A DNA stretch of 63,547 nt, filler included, from Octopus bimaculoides (taxonomy: Eukaryota): the NCBI RefSeq assembly GCF_001194135.2. It is 4 parts of 4 records of this genome, joined end to end, with 100 filler letters (N's around TTAATTAATTAA, not from the genome) between each part and the next. Parts side by side here need not be neighbours in the genome. Positions count along the whole stretch, not along the records: positions 41,894 to 63,547 come from NC_068988.1; 3 more parts are not named here. One strand, written 5' to 3'. The notes under the pieces are model-generated. The model was given only the letters and a program-made list of their open reading frames with translations, was not told the DNA's origin and ran no database searches. Position numbers and translations under genes: made by a program. This document shows, in pieces, positions 62,788 to 63,547 of this stretch (the stretch's first letter is position 1; every line of letters starts with the position of its first letter).

Positions 62788-62896
62788 AATGACCGAAAAA
62801 TGATGAGCTAACCTCAGGCTGAATCGAGCTAACAAATCGATGCTTTCATGGCTCCTATGAAAGCATCGATTGTCGGCTCATCATTTTTCGGTCATT
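62788..62896. repeat. 109-nt hairpin (22-bp lower and 17-bp upper stem)
   Basis: aatgaccgaaaaatgatgagc / gctcatcatttttcggtcatt and atcgatgctttcat-ggctcct-atgaaagcatcgat. Confidence 0.8.
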
Positions 62897-63006
62897 CGTT
62901 TCTATTTAAAAATTGTCACTTTAAAATCGGAGAATATATATATCATGATATATATTATATACAGTTATTATATATACATACATACATACATAAACACACA
63001 CACACA

Positions 63007-63060
<54 letters not shown>

Positions 63061-63304
63061 TATATATATACATATGTATATATTTATATACATATGTATG
63101 TATATATATATATGTGTGTGTGTGTGTTTGTATATTTATACATATATATATATATATTTATATATATACATATATACATAGAAATATAGACATATAGATA
63201 TACCTATATATGTACATGTATATATATATCTATATATATACATGTATTATATATACACACATATACATATATACATATATATACATACATATATACATGT
63301 ATAT

Positions 63305-63460
63305 ACGAGGGGCTTCTTTCAGTTTCCGTCTAACAAATCCACTCACAAGTCTTAGGTCGGGCCGAGGTTATTGTAGAAGACACTTGCGCAAGGTACTATA
63401 CAGTGGGACTGAACCCGTAAGCAAGTTTCTTACTACACACCCACTCCTGTGCCTATACAT
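63305..63460 (-). mobile_element. SINE head
   Basis: gggcttctttcagtttccgtctaacaaatccactcacaag..gggactgaaccc. Confidence 0.8.
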
Positions 63461-63465
63461 ATCTA

Positions 63466-63528
<63 letters not shown>

Positions 63529-63547
63529 ATATATATATATATATATA

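Noticed and set aside
5484-63189. Long ORFs made of X runs or [16 protein letters not shown] repeats throughout the window
   Set aside because: Artefacts of N gaps and dinucleotide or tetranucleotide microsatellites.
1-63547. CRISPR arrays, intact tRNA genes or intact rRNA genes
   Set aside because: None seen; tRNA-like A/B boxes belong to SINE heads and the 5S copy is degenerate.

Overview
Repeat-dense, microsatellite-rich animal genomic DNA with many N gaps. The SINE/LINE families and (TA)n/(CA)n/(CTAT)n load suggest an octopus (inference, not verified). Two host genes are supported, both on the minus strand. (1) A first coding exon at 2878-3988 encodes 370 aa of extreme low complexity, with a strong AG|GTAAG donor; the gene is unidentified and continues off the left end. 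(2) A MAM-domain + VWA-domain gene has exons at 57298-57451, 56160-56301 and 27067-27659, which splice in frame across a 28.5-kb intron. The rest is mostly decayed mobile DNA: tRNA-derived SINEs, RTE, CR1-like, R4/Dong and CRE-like non-LTR elements, several Penelope-like elements (Naiad-type and Poseidon-type), Tc1/mariner relics, hAT MITEs, a Helentron-like relic and a 5S rRNA pseudogene. The most notable signal not captured by the ORF track is a set of seven type I hammerhead-ribozyme-like motifs. Two have intact cores (47404-47458, 32099-32184), four are decayed, and one, inside a foldback insertion (23709-23759), has the catalytic C3-G8 pair swapped to G3-C8. All calls were made by eye; no database search or folding program was run, so boundaries of decayed repeats are approximate.
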